From a virus: 64,000 nucleotides of DNA. A program made the translations under genes and the position numbers. Where the stretch lies: IMG/VR virus record IMGVR_UViG_3300019487_000005, positions 5,031 to 69,030 of that record; one strand, given 5' to 3'. The stretch's first letter is position 1. Every line of letters starts with the position of its first letter. Under the pieces are notes generated by a model. It worked only from the letters and a program-made list of their open reading frames with translations. It had not been told where the DNA came from and made no database searches. Of the stretch, positions 44,367 through 53,824 are shown piece by piece.

Positions 44367-47300
44367 GTGGGGAAGTATCTAGCGGCGGGAAATATTGTTA
44401 AGAGTTCAGCGTTTAGTACGTGGACTGCCCTGTCAAACGCGATAGGTTCAGAGCAGGTCACGCTCTTAGTAGACAGTTCGATCCCTATTACGTCGAACAT
44501 TACCTTGCCTGCCACGATCTCGCGTCTACTCTTCGTGGAACCTGGGGCATTTGATGTTTCTTCGGGGAACCTATTAACTATTGAATGGGGAGACCGAATC
44601 GAAGCAGCTCCTGGTTTGCAGATCTTCAAAGGCACAGCCCTGTCCGCCACTTCTCATCCTGTCAAATTTACTAAAAGCTATCCCGCAACCTTTCATGTTG
44701 GTTGGTGGGGAGCCAAAAATGATTATGTTCAATCTACCGACACCGGGACTGATAATTATCCGGCTCTGAGAGCGGTTATTTACTCGATGGAGATGGGTGG
44801 AGAGAGTTTTAATCACTATCCCTATACTCGGGGAGGAATCATCCACTTTCTGGCGGGAAATTATTACTCATCAAAGACGTGGGATATTTTGCGTGAGGTA
44901 ATAATTGAAGGTAAACAAGGGGCGGGATGGTTTGCTGCTAGCCGTCTATATTTTGCCCGGGGGCAGCGTGGGATCGTGCTTCACCGTTATAACACCCACG
45001 TTGACGCGACTTCTTCTCCTGGTTATAAGTCAGGTGACTGGTCAATTGTGAAAAACCTGGCGCTGAAAGAAGCTCAGACTGGCACACGCGGACTGGCTCC
45101 CAAGCAGGGTGAACTGGATGTTTCAGGAACGACAGTAACATGGAAATCAGCGGTGTGGTCGGGAACGGTCAACACCTCTTCGACTGGGAACACCGTTAAT
45201 TGGGCTTCAGGGACAAAGTTTGATGAAGCCTGGGTCAACGGCCAGTGGTTAAGGATCAATGGAGTGGATTATGAGTTGAATTATATGAATTCTGACACTC
45301 AACTGATCCTAAAAACCTCACCGGGAAATCAGACAGGCGTAACATTTTCCGGCCCTCTCTTTAATACTCGCTGGCCGCGAGGCACGACCATCAAGATCGG
45401 CGGAATCGCGACTCCCGGCCGCTTGTCCTGGGTGGTTGAAAGTGTAGCCTCAAAAACTTCCTTAACCATTCAGCAATGGAAAGGGGTGTGCTCCACCAGC
45501 GGCACGACGGTGACTCGATTAGCGGGAGTGGTGTTTGATTATCTGGTGGCCGGCTGGGTGATGAATATCAACGGCACGGATTACACAATCTCCTCAATTA
45601 CCCATGGATCGGAATTAGTATTAACGAGTTCGGCGGGCACTCAAACGGCGAAGGCTTTTACGGTCCGGCCCGGGACGCTGACAAATGCTGAGTATCGGGT
45701 GAATCAATATCATGGGATCTCAATCTGGGCCAATAGTTGCCGCATAGAGAACGTAACCGTGGATGGTTGCTCAGGGAATGGGATCAACATCGACACTTCG
45801 TTACTTGGAAGAGATGGAAATGAAAATAACGCGAATAATTCTAAAGTAGTAGGGGGCTCGTTTTATTATAACGAAGGGCATGGACTCTACACCAAGGGGA
45901 ACAACGCCAATAGTTGCTTGTTCATGAACATGGACGTTTCCTTTAGTGGTTCATGGTCTTACTTTGAAGATGGATTTTTAGGAAACAATTACGTTCAGAA
46001 CCATTGCTCTTCAAGTGCCGGATCGATCTGGGCGAACTCTGTTATAGCCGCAAATGTGTTTTCGGGTAATTACACTGAGGGCGACCAGGCTTCAGCTATC
46101 TTCGGTCAATACTCCACGGTGATTGGCGGAGACCTCGGAGCAGACGTGGACAATGCTTCAAATGCTCTGTATTTGCGGGGAAGCACGGGAGGCGGTCTAA
46201 CGACCCCCATCAGGTCGCGAATGACCGTCGGTGGGAAGCTGATCACCGATGTTGATGGAGCGAATACGGTCGAAGCCTATGTGGGTCAATCGGGGACACG
46301 GGGCGGCTTTGGTCTGGGGTCGGCGGACGATGTAACCTGGCCTTCGCCATCGTTGATGCAGGTTTACAACACACTTCAGACAGGTTGGTGGCACTGGCAA
46401 TATGCTGGCTCAAGTTCATTTGCTTTCCTTGGTTACTCAGGAAGCCAGGCTGCCGAGGGTGGGGGGCATTTATGGTTTCCGCGGGGCTTCTTCTGGGGAC
46501 TGGGGGGCACGAGAAAGAAATATGAAACAGGTTCAGCAGCTCCCAGCTCGGGCACATGGGCTATCGGTGATGTGGTTTTCAATTCCGCGCCTGTTACTGG
46601 AGGGTATATTGGCTGGGTTTGTGTAACCGCCGGGAGTCCGGGAACGTGGGAGCAGTTTGGTTATTTGGTTCCAGCCTTGGTGAATTCTCAGACTGGCACC
46701 TCTTATACGATAGCCACTGGAGATCGCGCCAAGCTGGTCACATTATCCAATGCCTCTTCGGTTGCTGTTACCCTTCCCCAGGCAGGGGCGAGTTTCCCTT
46801 CTAACTGGTACACAGAAGTTGAGAATCGTGGGGCTGGCGCCGCCACAATTACCCCCACAACATCCACGATAGATGGGGCCAGCTCCCTGGTGCTAACCCA
46901 ACATCAAGGCGTTAGGATTTTCTCAAACGGCACAAATTACTTTACTCAGCGCGGGATGGGAGGCGGTGGTGGGGCGCCAGTGGGGGCGACTTACATTGTG
47001 CAGACTGCCGATGCCACGCTGACGAATGAACAGGCACTGGGGGCATTAACAACAGGTATTCTTAAAAACACAACCTCCACCGGAGTGTTGTCGATTGCCG
47101 CGATAGCCGATCTTCCCAATGCGCCGAAAGCCGTGGTGCGCCATAGCGCCAACCAATCCATTAACAACGCCACGCTCACTGCTCTCTCGTTTGACACTGA
47201 GGATCAAGACAATGACGCCATACATGACACGGCCACAAATAACGGGCGGCTAACCTGTAAGACCGCAGGGTTTTACTTCATCTTTTTAGTGGTGCAATGG

Positions 47301-47534
47301 GCTTTTGACCTTCTCGGCCAGCGCCAAGCTATCATTCGAGACACTGGGAGCGCCTATCGAGGGTTCTCTGTTAACGCTGGCTCACAATATGTGCAAGTAA
47401 CCTACGGGTTCCGTCAAATGTCTGTAGATGATTGGGTAGACTCGGCGGTGTATCAGGACTCAGGCGGATCATTGAATGTGGAAGCGGCCGGATCTTATGC
47501 TACGTTGTTTGGGATGGTAAGACTGGGAAATTGA
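44367..47534 (+). CDS. large tail fibre/spike: beta-helix region plus C-terminal C1q/TNF-like domain
   Basis: 1055-aa ORF (GTG start). ..IENVTVDGCSGNGINID.. is beta-helix-like. The C-terminus, ..LSFDTEDQDNDAIHDTATNNGRLTCKTAGFYFIF...LFGMVRL, is C1q-like. Confidence 0.65.
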   Translation: MGKYLAAGNIVKSSAFSTWTALSNAIGSEQVTLLVDSSIPITSNITLPATISRLLFVEPGAFDVSSGNLLTIEWGDRIEAAPGLQIFKGTALSATSHPVKFTKSYPATFHVGWWGAKNDYVQSTDTGTDNYPALRAVIYSMEMGGESFNHYPYTRGGIIHFLAGNYYSSKTWDILREVIIEGKQGAGWFAASRLYFARGQRGIVLHRYNTHVDATSSPGYKSGDWSIVKNLALKEAQTGTRGLAPKQGELDVSGTTVTWKSAVWSGTVNTSSTGNTVNWASGTKFDEAWVNGQWLRINGVDYELNYMNSDTQLILKTSPGNQTGVTFSGPLFNTRWPRGTTIKIGGIATPGRLSWVVESVASKTSLTIQQWKGVCSTSGTTVTRLAGVVFDYLVAGWVMNINGTDYTISSITHGSELVLTSSAGTQTAKAFTVRPGTLTNAEYRVNQYHGISIWANSCRIENVTVDGCSGNGINIDTSLLGRDGNENNANNSKVVGGSFYYNEGHGLYTKGNNANSCLFMNMDVSFSGSWSYFEDGFLGNNYVQNHCSSSAGSIWANSVIAANVFSGNYTEGDQASAIFGQYSTVIGGDLGADVDNASNALYLRGSTGGGLTTPIRSRMTVGGKLITDVDGANTVEAYVGQSGTRGGFGLGSADDVTWPSPSLMQVYNTLQTGWWHWQYAGSSSFAFLGYSGSQAAEGGGHLWFPRGFFWGLGGTRKKYETGSAAPSSGTWAIGDVVFNSAPVTGGYIGWVCVTAGSPGTWEQFGYLVPALVNSQTGTSYTIATGDRAKLVTLSNASSVAVTLPQAGASFPSNWYTEVENRGAGAATITPTTSTIDGASSLVLTQHQGVRIFSNGTNYFTQRGMGGGGGAPVGATYIVQTADATLTNEQALGALTTGILKNTTSTGVLSIAAIADLPNAPKAVVRHSANQSINNATLTALSFDTEDQDNDAIHDTATNNGRLTCKTAGFYFIFLVVQWAFDLLGQRQAIIRDTGSAYRGFSVNAGSQYVQVTYGFRQMSVDDWVDSAVYQDSGGSLNVEAAGSYATLFGMVRLGN

Positions 47535-47887
47535 AACAACTAGAATTCAATAAACCAAACGATCTATCTCGGCTCCATGATGAGCTGCTAACCGCTCTCC
47601 CAGTATTAGCACCGATTAACGGTGTACCCCAAATGCGCGTCGAAGGGAAAGATCTTCTAATTCGTCTTTTCGTTCCTGATGAGGCCGATGAGTCCGCAAT
47701 CCAGGTAGTGGTAAATCAACATGTACGTGTTCCGCCCAGTGCACCCCCGGACTTCAGGCAGCTCTGGCAGAACTATGCTCAAGCAGTGCAGAGTGCCTCT
47801 AATCTAAATCAATTAAAACAGGCTCTTTTACAAGAAGGGCGATTGTTATTCAAAGAATTGGCAATTTCGCGAGTCAGAGATCTTTAA
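47531..47887 (+). CDS. hypothetical protein (start uncertain)
   Basis: An in-frame TTG overlaps the upstream stop. The track's ATG at 47432 lies inside the fibre gene. Confidence 0.35.
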   Translation: MKQLEFNKPNDLSRLHDELLTALPVLAPINGVPQMRVEGKDLLIRLFVPDEADESAIQVVVNQHVRVPPSAPPDFRQLWQNYAQAVQSASNLNQLKQALLQEGRLLFKELAISRVRDL

Positions 47888-48042
47888 GAACTTAAAGCAC
47901 GGTTCTTTGCTAGTCTCAGAGCATGAAGGTCCGCCTTTTCATGCTCCTTCCCCTGCTCTTTCCGCTGCTGCTTTCTCAGTCTCCACAGACAATTAACGTC
48001 AATCAAAGTGGGTCTAGCGGGCCTTCTTTAATTATAGAGGTT

Positions 48043-48630
48043 TTAAAGAACGCTTTTCCATCTTTTTTCATGAATGATCACCCATATCGTCTGTTTACTA
48101 ACGGAATATTGCCTTGCGAGTTCGGCTTGGCGACATGTACCCGCCTTGTAAAGTCTTCGTATTTCTTTTACTTGATCATTAGTCAATTTGGCGTGGTAAT
48201 TAGTTTCCCCTCTCTTAATCCAATTAGGGAAACGAGCCAGAAATGCTTCCCCACGCAGAACGAGCTCAGGTCTTCTACGCCAAGGATGTGCATCACCGAT
48301 TGGGGCTCTCCCTTTAAGGTACATGTCTCGGACATTGTCTTTCACTGTGCCTGGAAATAGATGCTTTGGATTGCAGCAACATGGGTTATCGCAATGGTGG
48401 CATATACATATAGCGCCCCAACGACCCGTCACCAGAAAGAATGCCAAACGATGAGCAATGTACTGGCGAGATTGCGCTTGAAAGTTCCCATAGCCCATCG
48501 ACGTTTTAGCGCGTTTCCATTGCCAGCATTCTCCCTTCGGACCTTGGCCCGGAGATTGATCTATATAACTCCAAAAGCGTTTTATCTCTTGATCGGTAAG
48601 TTTAGGCGGATTAGGATTGAATTTAAGCAT
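48043..48630 (-). CDS. HNH homing endonuclease with C-terminal HTH
   Basis: 195-aa ORF. CWQWK...GYGNF...YIAHRLAFFL...CHHCDNPCCCNPKHLFPGTVKDNVRD is the HNH_3 pattern. It lies on the reverse strand between fibre-type genes. Confidence 0.85.
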   Translation of the reverse strand: MLKFNPNPPKLTDQEIKRFWSYIDQSPGQGPKGECWQWKRAKTSMGYGNFQAQSRQYIAHRLAFFLVTGRWGAICICHHCDNPCCCNPKHLFPGTVKDNVRDMYLKGRAPIGDAHPWRRRPELVLRGEAFLARFPNWIKRGETNYHAKLTNDQVKEIRRLYKAGTCRQAELARQYSVSKQTIWVIIHEKRWKSVL

Positions 48631-48642
48631 GATCTAATCTCC

Positions 48643-50751
48643 GTGATAGATAGATTGTGCCAAAGGCCGTTCAGAACGCTGGCGCGTTCTAGCGGCCTTC
48701 TAATTATACCATTTATATTGCCCGTGTGGTCCGTATGGTCCTATTCACAGCAAACTATTGTTGTGTCTATGGGCGGGAACCTACAGGCCGCGTTGGACGC
48801 GGCTCGCCCTGGCGATACGATTAACCTCCAGGCAGGAGCAATATTCACCGGAAACTTTACTCTCCCGGTGAAAAATGGAAGTGAGTACATCACCATCAGG
48901 AGTTCGCGGGCGAGTGAGTTGCCTGTCGGTCGAATTGGCCCTCAGCACGCTCCTTTGATGCCGAAGATCCGCACTCTAAACACAGAACCAGCGATTAAAA
49001 CCCTTCCCGGCTCAAGCTACTGGAATTTCGTAGGGATAGAAATAATTGCAGACCCGGCAACGGAAAATTACGGCATCATTTTACTGGGAGATGGTTCGAA
49101 CGCTCAGAACACACTCTCTCAAGTCCCGCATCACATCACGATAGATCGCTGTTACGTCCACGGCACAAATAAGAACGTCCAAAGAGGGATCGCGGCGAAC
49201 TCGGCCCACTCAACGGTTATTAATTCTTATATCTCTCAAGTTCACTGGCTGGGTGCCGACACCCAGGCAATTGGAGGCTGGAACGGCCCGGGCCCCTTCT
49301 CTATTGTGAACAATTATCTGGAGGCCGCGGGGGAAAACGTGATGTTTGGTGGGGCCGAAGCGGCCATTCCCAACCTAATCCCTTCAGACATTGAGATCAT
49401 AAACAACCATTTCTTCAAACCGTTAAGCTGGCAGATCGGGCATCCGACCTATGCTGGAAATGCCTGGACAGTAAAGAATCTTTTTGAGTTAAAGAATGCT
49501 CAGCGAGTCTTGGTTGATGGAAATTTATTTGAGAACTGCTGGGCACACGCACAGGTTGGATTTGGAATTGTTTTTACTCCGCGAGGGAATGATGGAGCCA
49601 ATCCCTGGGCGACCGTGAGAGATGTTCAATTCATTAATAATGTGATTAAGAATTCGCAGGGAGGAATGAACTTTCTGGGGCTGGATGAGTATGGTCCTAG
49701 CCAGCAACAACAAAACATCTTAGTCAGAAATAATCTGTTTTTGCAAATGGGTGATGGGCCTCTTTTTCAGGTAGGCGGGCCCGTGGCGAATCTGACAATT
49801 GATCACAATACCTCAGCCGCAAATAGTGGAAACACTATGACTGCCTACGGGGCAGCCTCAGCTAATTTCCGATTCAGTAATAACATCGTTCAAAAAGGAG
49901 CATATGGGTTTATTGGTGACGATGTGGGAAGCGGCACGGCAGCGATCAATCGTTACTTTCCGAGTAGCGTGGTTCAGAAAAATGTCTTTATCGGTGAAGA
50001 TTGTGCTTATTATCCCCCAGGCAACTTCTGTCCAGCTAACATTTCTCAGGTAGGGTTTGCTGATCAAGTAAATTATTTGCTTTCCCCCTCAAGTCCGTAC
50101 AAAGGACAAGGAACAGACGGATTAGATTTAGGAAGGGTTTTAGAGCTTCCTGACCCCAGCCCAACGCCCTCACCCACTCCTACCATAGCTCCTACGCCCA
50201 GCCCTGCCCCTTTGCCTTCTACCTCCACCGGGGTCTTAAGCTTCACTCTGGTGAACGCTGATACCGACCAGGATCTTTCGGTCTTAACGGATGGGAGCGT
50301 GATTAACCTCTCAATTCTCCCAAGTCAGAACTTGAATGTGAGGGCAAATGTAGGTTCAGGAGTTTCCAGCGTCCAATTCTCATTGAATGGGCAGGTGATC
50401 CGCACTGAACTTGCGGCGCCTTACGCCCTGGCAGGAGACCAGAACGGAGACTACGATCCCTGGACGCCCGCAATAGGGAATCATACTTTGCTTGCCGTGC
50501 CGAACTCCGGCCCATCTCTGTCAATAAGCTTTACAGTCACTCAGGCGAGTCCGACGCCGACGCCAACCCCTACGCCCGTTCCGAGTCCTACACCTTTCTG
50601 GTGTGGAGATAATGGGAGGGACAATAGAGTGTCGTGGCCCTCGGGTGAAGCACGCCAGAATGAAGTATTGAATAGACTTTGGTTAAAGAGATGTCGGATG
50701 AAGAATCATCTGTCAGGAGCGTGGGCGGAATTTGAGTACGTCAGACCTTAG
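48643..50751 (+). CDS. secreted right-handed beta-helix protein with two Pro/Thr linkers and a C-terminal beta-sandwich-like domain
   Basis: The part of ORF 48361-50751 not antisense to the HNH gene. GTG 48643 gives a signal-like N-terminus (ATG 48769 is an alternative). ..LQAALDAARPGDTINLQAGAIFTGNFTL.. is followed by the linkers PSPTPSPTPTIAPTPSPAP and SPTPTPTPTPVPSPTP. Confidence 0.6.
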   Translation: MIDRLCQRPFRTLARSSGLLIIPFILPVWSVWSYSQQTIVVSMGGNLQAALDAARPGDTINLQAGAIFTGNFTLPVKNGSEYITIRSSRASELPVGRIGPQHAPLMPKIRTLNTEPAIKTLPGSSYWNFVGIEIIADPATENYGIILLGDGSNAQNTLSQVPHHITIDRCYVHGTNKNVQRGIAANSAHSTVINSYISQVHWLGADTQAIGGWNGPGPFSIVNNYLEAAGENVMFGGAEAAIPNLIPSDIEIINNHFFKPLSWQIGHPTYAGNAWTVKNLFELKNAQRVLVDGNLFENCWAHAQVGFGIVFTPRGNDGANPWATVRDVQFINNVIKNSQGGMNFLGLDEYGPSQQQQNILVRNNLFLQMGDGPLFQVGGPVANLTIDHNTSAANSGNTMTAYGAASANFRFSNNIVQKGAYGFIGDDVGSGTAAINRYFPSSVVQKNVFIGEDCAYYPPGNFCPANISQVGFADQVNYLLSPSSPYKGQGTDGLDLGRVLELPDPSPTPSPTPTIAPTPSPAPLPSTSTGVLSFTLVNADTDQDLSVLTDGSVINLSILPSQNLNVRANVGSGVSSVQFSLNGQVIRTELAAPYALAGDQNGDYDPWTPAIGNHTLLAVPNSGPSLSISFTVTQASPTPTPTPTPVPSPTPFWCGDNGRDNRVSWPSGEARQNEVLNRLWLKRCRMKNHLSGAWAEFEYVRP

Positions 50752-50839
50752 AGAGCAGGTAAAAACCAACGGCGATCATGATTGCTCCACCGAAGATAAA
50801 TACAAAGCCAGCCACCAAATTGAATAAATTCACTGTCAT
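50741..50839 (-). CDS. 32-aa single-TM peptide
   Basis: Hand-translated: MTVNLFNLVAGFVFIFGGAIMIAVGFYLLSKV. TAATG junction with the upstream gene. Confidence 0.3.
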   Translation of the reverse strand: MTVNLFNLVAGFVFIFGGAIMIAVGFYLLSKV

Positions 50840-51042
50840 TAACCTTCCAGAGAAATACTCAATAGCTCTGCTCTTAATTCTTCTACTCTTGCCCGCTCAA
50901 TAACCAGTTGACCCGAGCCCAAGCCTTCAGTGTACGTTTTACCAAAAGCGATCAAGGCTTCTAAGTCTTCCCGCGTTAGTGGTTTCGTTGTGTCATACAA
51001 CGAGAGGAAGCGATTCTGATCGATCATTGTTTCACTCCGCAC
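50839..51042 (-). CDS. hypothetical protein
   Basis: 67-aa ORF in the leftward operon. Confidence 0.4.
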   Translation of the reverse strand: MRSETMIDQNRFLSLYDTTKPLTREDLEALIAFGKTYTEGLGSGQLVIERARVEELRAELLSISLEG

Positions 51043-51178
51043 AGAGAATAAAGTTAGGCTTAACTTGTTTGACGATCCGTCTATGACAGGGCTTAGGAGG
51101 ATCGATAGGTGGTGGTGGCTCCTTCCCTCTCACTGAGAAGGAAAGTAAAGAGAGGATTAACCAGAAAGTAATTAGCAT
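51032..51178 (-). CDS. small signal-peptide/Pro-rich protein
   Basis: Internal ATG of ORF 51032-51226: MLITFWLILSLLSFSVRGKEPPPPIDPPKP... Confidence 0.3.
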   Translation of the reverse strand: MLITFWLILSLLSFSVRGKEPPPPIDPPKPCHRRIVKQVKPNFILCAE

Positions 51179-51182
51179 TTGC

Positions 51183-51356
51183 TCATTTCCGTTTCTGCAA
51201 CTCGCGCCAAATCTTTCGCAGTTCAAGAAATAGAATCAGTATGCCACACACCATAATTGTGCTTGCTGCCGCCAAGACAAGTAACACCCTTTCCAGTAAC
51301 TCAATAATCTGAGCCTGAGTACTAAAGAGATCAACAATAGTCTGTTGGAGAATCAT
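51183..51356 (-). CDS. 57-aa membrane protein
   Basis: Hand-translated: MILQQTIVDLFSTQAQIIELLERVLLVLAAASTIMVCGILILFLELRKIWRELQKRK. Confidence 0.3.
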   Translation of the reverse strand: MILQQTIVDLFSTQAQIIELLERVLLVLAAASTIMVCGILILFLELRKIWRELQKRK

Positions 51357-51499
51357 AAAACAATTACCCTAGCGGCGCGGAGACTGCCGATCTTTAGACC
51401 GCAGAGGAAGCTCGTAACGATCACTCCCGGGGGATCTTGAAAGACAGGATCAGCCTGAAGCGGGAGGGTTAAGAGAAGGATTAGAAGAAATGGTTTCAT
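51353..51499 (-). CDS. 48-aa signal-peptide protein
   Basis: Hand-translated: MKPFLLILLLTLPLQADPVFQDPPG.... ATGA junctions at both ends. Confidence 0.3.
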   Translation of the reverse strand: MKPFLLILLLTLPLQADPVFQDPPGVIVTSFLCGLKIGSLRAARVIVL

Positions 51500-51720
51500 T
51501 GAGGCTCTTTAATCAGTTGATACTGACACTCTGTAGATAGCACATAGGAGCCGTTGTCTAATCGAATAATCATTAGCCCTGGCGCATCTGCATCGTCTCT
51601 CACGACGCGGCCCGTGATGGAATGTGACGTATCGTAGTGAAAACACACCCGGACGGGTTTTCCTAAGAACTTTCCTTGTCGCGGGAATTTAACGGATGAA
51701 ATCTTTGGTTCAGTCCCCAT
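51496..51720 (-). CDS. hypothetical protein
   Basis: 74-aa ORF. Confidence 0.4.
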   Translation of the reverse strand: MGTEPKISSVKFPRQGKFLGKPVRVCFHYDTSHSITGRVVRDDADAPGLMIIRLDNGSYVLSTECQYQLIKEPQ

Positions 51721-52303
51721 CCTTCTCTACCTCAGCGGGGAGGGATTCAATTAAGTCCATTACGCGATCAATTGATACTTCCATGGAAGTACGATTAAAA
51801 TCAATTGCGTCAATTTTCGCCAGACAGCGGGCGCGGAAGGCTTCTACACTTTTTATTAAGCATGGGAGGCAACGCCCTGACCATTCAGTTATTTGTTCAA
51901 ATGACGGAGCATTGATACCGATGTGCTCAAGACAAGGTGTTCCCAATGCCACCCTTACAGCATTAGCTTTTATTGTTTCATTCTCCTGCTGCAGCGCCAA
52001 TAAGCGGGCGCGGAAGGCTTTTACTGCGTCTTTACGGGTTTCTCTGAATAGTATAGGTAGCTTAGCCAGAACTTCTGTCGGCCCATCGCTACTATCTAAT
52101 TCATTCTCCAGGGCTACAGCAATAACTGATATTTGGTTTAAGAATTCCAGCCTCTCTGCCTGCAACTCCAGTAGTTGCCGCTGAGATTCATCCCATCGTA
52201 ACTCCCACTCGCCCGCTAGTTTGGATTCGTTCTTCAGCAACTCCTCAAGTTTCAGAATACGATGACGCATCCACTGAAATGTTTCTGCTTGATCAAGTCC
52301 CAT
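51710..52303 (-). CDS. coiled-coil protein
   Basis: 197-aa ORF, helical and charged throughout. Confidence 0.5.
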   Translation of the reverse strand: MGLDQAETFQWMRHRILKLEELLKNESKLAGEWELRWDESQRQLLELQAERLEFLNQISVIAVALENELDSSDGPTEVLAKLPILFRETRKDAVKAFRARLLALQQENETIKANAVRVALGTPCLEHIGINAPSFEQITEWSGRCLPCLIKSVEAFRARCLAKIDAIDFNRTSMEVSIDRVMDLIESLPAEVEKDGD

Positions 52304-52353
52304 TAGCTTTTTCCTTTTAACCGGATGTCCATTATTTTATCGAGATTCTCGCC

Positions 52354-52653
52354 CTACCTTTCTGCGTCAACAATAGGTTTTACTCGTAGCCCAGCCAGCT
52401 CTAACTCTAACTTGATAGTTGATTCTTGCAGCCACTCCACCATCTCTATAAGTCTCAGGACGGTGGAGGGCTGAGCCGCTTCAATAAACGTGAGTTGTTC
52501 TTTAGTTATTGGATTAGGCAGAGGCTCGACGCATGCTAAGACTTCTGGATCAATATTAAGGAGGGAAGTTCGTATCACTGGCAAGAAAACAGGCGTTGCC
52601 TTGCTCGCTTTCTCCTTCAACTCTTTTAGTTCTTCTTTAGTAAGTGAGTTCAC
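52354..52653 (-). CDS. hypothetical protein
   Basis: 99-aa ORF. Confidence 0.45.
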   Translation of the reverse strand: MNSLTKEELKELKEKASKATPVFLPVIRTSLLNIDPEVLACVEPLPNPITKEQLTFIEAAQPSTVLRLIEMVEWLQESTIKLELELAGLRVKPIVDAER

Positions 52654-53015
52654 TTCCCTTCCTCCGGCGGTGGGAGAATTGGCCCGCCAGCCTTGCGTAT
52701 CGCGGTTAACACGACTTTCTCCATTTGTTCGTGACTCAATTTCAGATCCAACTGGTCATGGATCTTGCGGCATCCTAGGGCGATCATGTAAACATCGTTT
52801 CCCTGCATCTTGGCTCGTTTCTTGGAATGGCAAGGATCTATCGGCCCCCAACACTCTCCATGAGGTAATACCGATCTGAACTCGCATCCTGCGCGCCCCG
52901 CTCGTTCTAGCCGCGGCTTTAGCCACGACCATACCTCGCGCCAAGTCTTGGTGCGCCGACCGACTTGGTTGACGCCGTTTCGCTGCCGAGGCTTTGTTTG
53001 GGTAGGGCGAATCAT
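52650..53015 (-). CDS. Cys/His-containing protein (NinG/HNH-like, tentative)
   Basis: 121-aa ORF. ..GCEFRSVLPHGECWGPIDPCHSKKR... ATGA junction. Confidence 0.35.
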   Translation of the reverse strand: MIRPTQTKPRQRNGVNQVGRRTKTWREVWSWLKPRLERAGRAGCEFRSVLPHGECWGPIDPCHSKKRAKMQGNDVYMIALGCRKIHDQLDLKLSHEQMEKVVLTAIRKAGGPILPPPEEGK

Positions 53016-53206
53016 CGAGAGTATCGGAATCGCTCGCGGCGAGTCTCTTCTTCTTCTGCTTCTGCGGTTTTAATCGCGTCTCGCACTATCGCAGAGAGAC
53101 GAACATCAATAGGGTCAGGCATCTGCTCTAAAGATTGGAGGAGTTCAATGGCCTGAGAGTAACTTAACAAGATGGTGACGGCTAGATCTGGATATGCGCT
53201 TTTCAT
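53012..53206 (-). CDS. hypothetical protein
   Basis: 64-aa ORF. Confidence 0.4.
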   Translation of the reverse strand: MKSAYPDLAVTILLSYSQAIELLQSLEQMPDPIDVRLSAIVRDAIKTAEAEEEETRRERFRYSR

Positions 53207-53301
53207 GGATTCATCAAAGCCTCAAGAAATAAGAACCAGAGTATCGGGACAAGAAAACAAAGTAAGGCTCCGAGAAAGTCTTTCATTCACTTCTCCACGC
53301 T

Positions 53302-53538
53302 TTAGTAAGCCGAGAAACACTCATGGTCCCTAAACTCCGCTTGCTTAAAACATGCCTGCTGACAAATAGAACAAACGAGCATCCGGCGGAGCCTTAATCG
53401 ATGGGGCTGCCCGCAGCAATCCAGCCAGCCGCACCAGGGATCATCTGTGTCTTGATGAGTCTTGGCTGTCGGGCACCACCTGCGCAATTGAGATACGGCC
53501 TCCCTGCTTGCGTATTGTGTCTCCAGTTCATTGTCCAT
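53302..53538 (-). CDS. Cys-rich small protein
   Basis: 78-aa ORF with 7 Cys. Confidence 0.4.
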   Translation of the reverse strand: MDNELETQYASREAVSQLRRWCPTAKTHQDTDDPWCGWLDCCGQPHRLRLRRMLVCSICQQACFKQAEFRDHECFSAY

Positions 53539-53635
53539 TTCCGCTCTTTATTAGGCGTGATCCTTCTCTCGTTTCTGTTCTACCGTACGGCGCGGTTCAC
53601 AATAGCGGCTAGCTATGTTCATTAATCTTGCTTCT

Positions 53636-53824
53636 TCACCAGTTGAGTGCTTCCAGCAGTACATAATCAGGATTGTCTACAGTTGGTTCTGGATGCGGTA
53701 TTCCAGCGACGATCATCATTCCGCAACTTGGGCAGTGGTACTGGCCTATGGGTTGCCCGAGCAGTTTTTCCGGCTTTTCAGGACAATTGGCACCGCGCTC
53801 TGGTGTTGTTTCTTCTGTATTCAT
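53636..53824 (-). CDS. zinc-ribbon small protein
   Basis: 62-aa ORF. ..NCPEKP...HCPSCG.. Confidence 0.4.
   Translation of the reverse strand: MNTEETTPERGANCPEKPEKLLGQPIGQYHCPSCGMMIVAGIPHPEPTVDNPDYVLLEALNW

Noticed and set aside
47923-48642. Plus-strand ORF 47923-48360 and the first 94 codons of ORF 48361-50751 as genes
   Set aside because: Both are antisense to the strongly supported HNH endonuclease gene. Only the first ~40 codons from 47923 (the signal-peptide-like orphan) are interpreted, as a duplicated 5' fragment.
51696-52184. 162-aa plus-strand ORF, and other plus-strand ORFs within 52490-55075
   Set aside because: They are embedded antisense in a continuous, translationally coupled minus-strand operon, and their sequences are Ser/Arg/Leu-rich mirror-frame artefacts.
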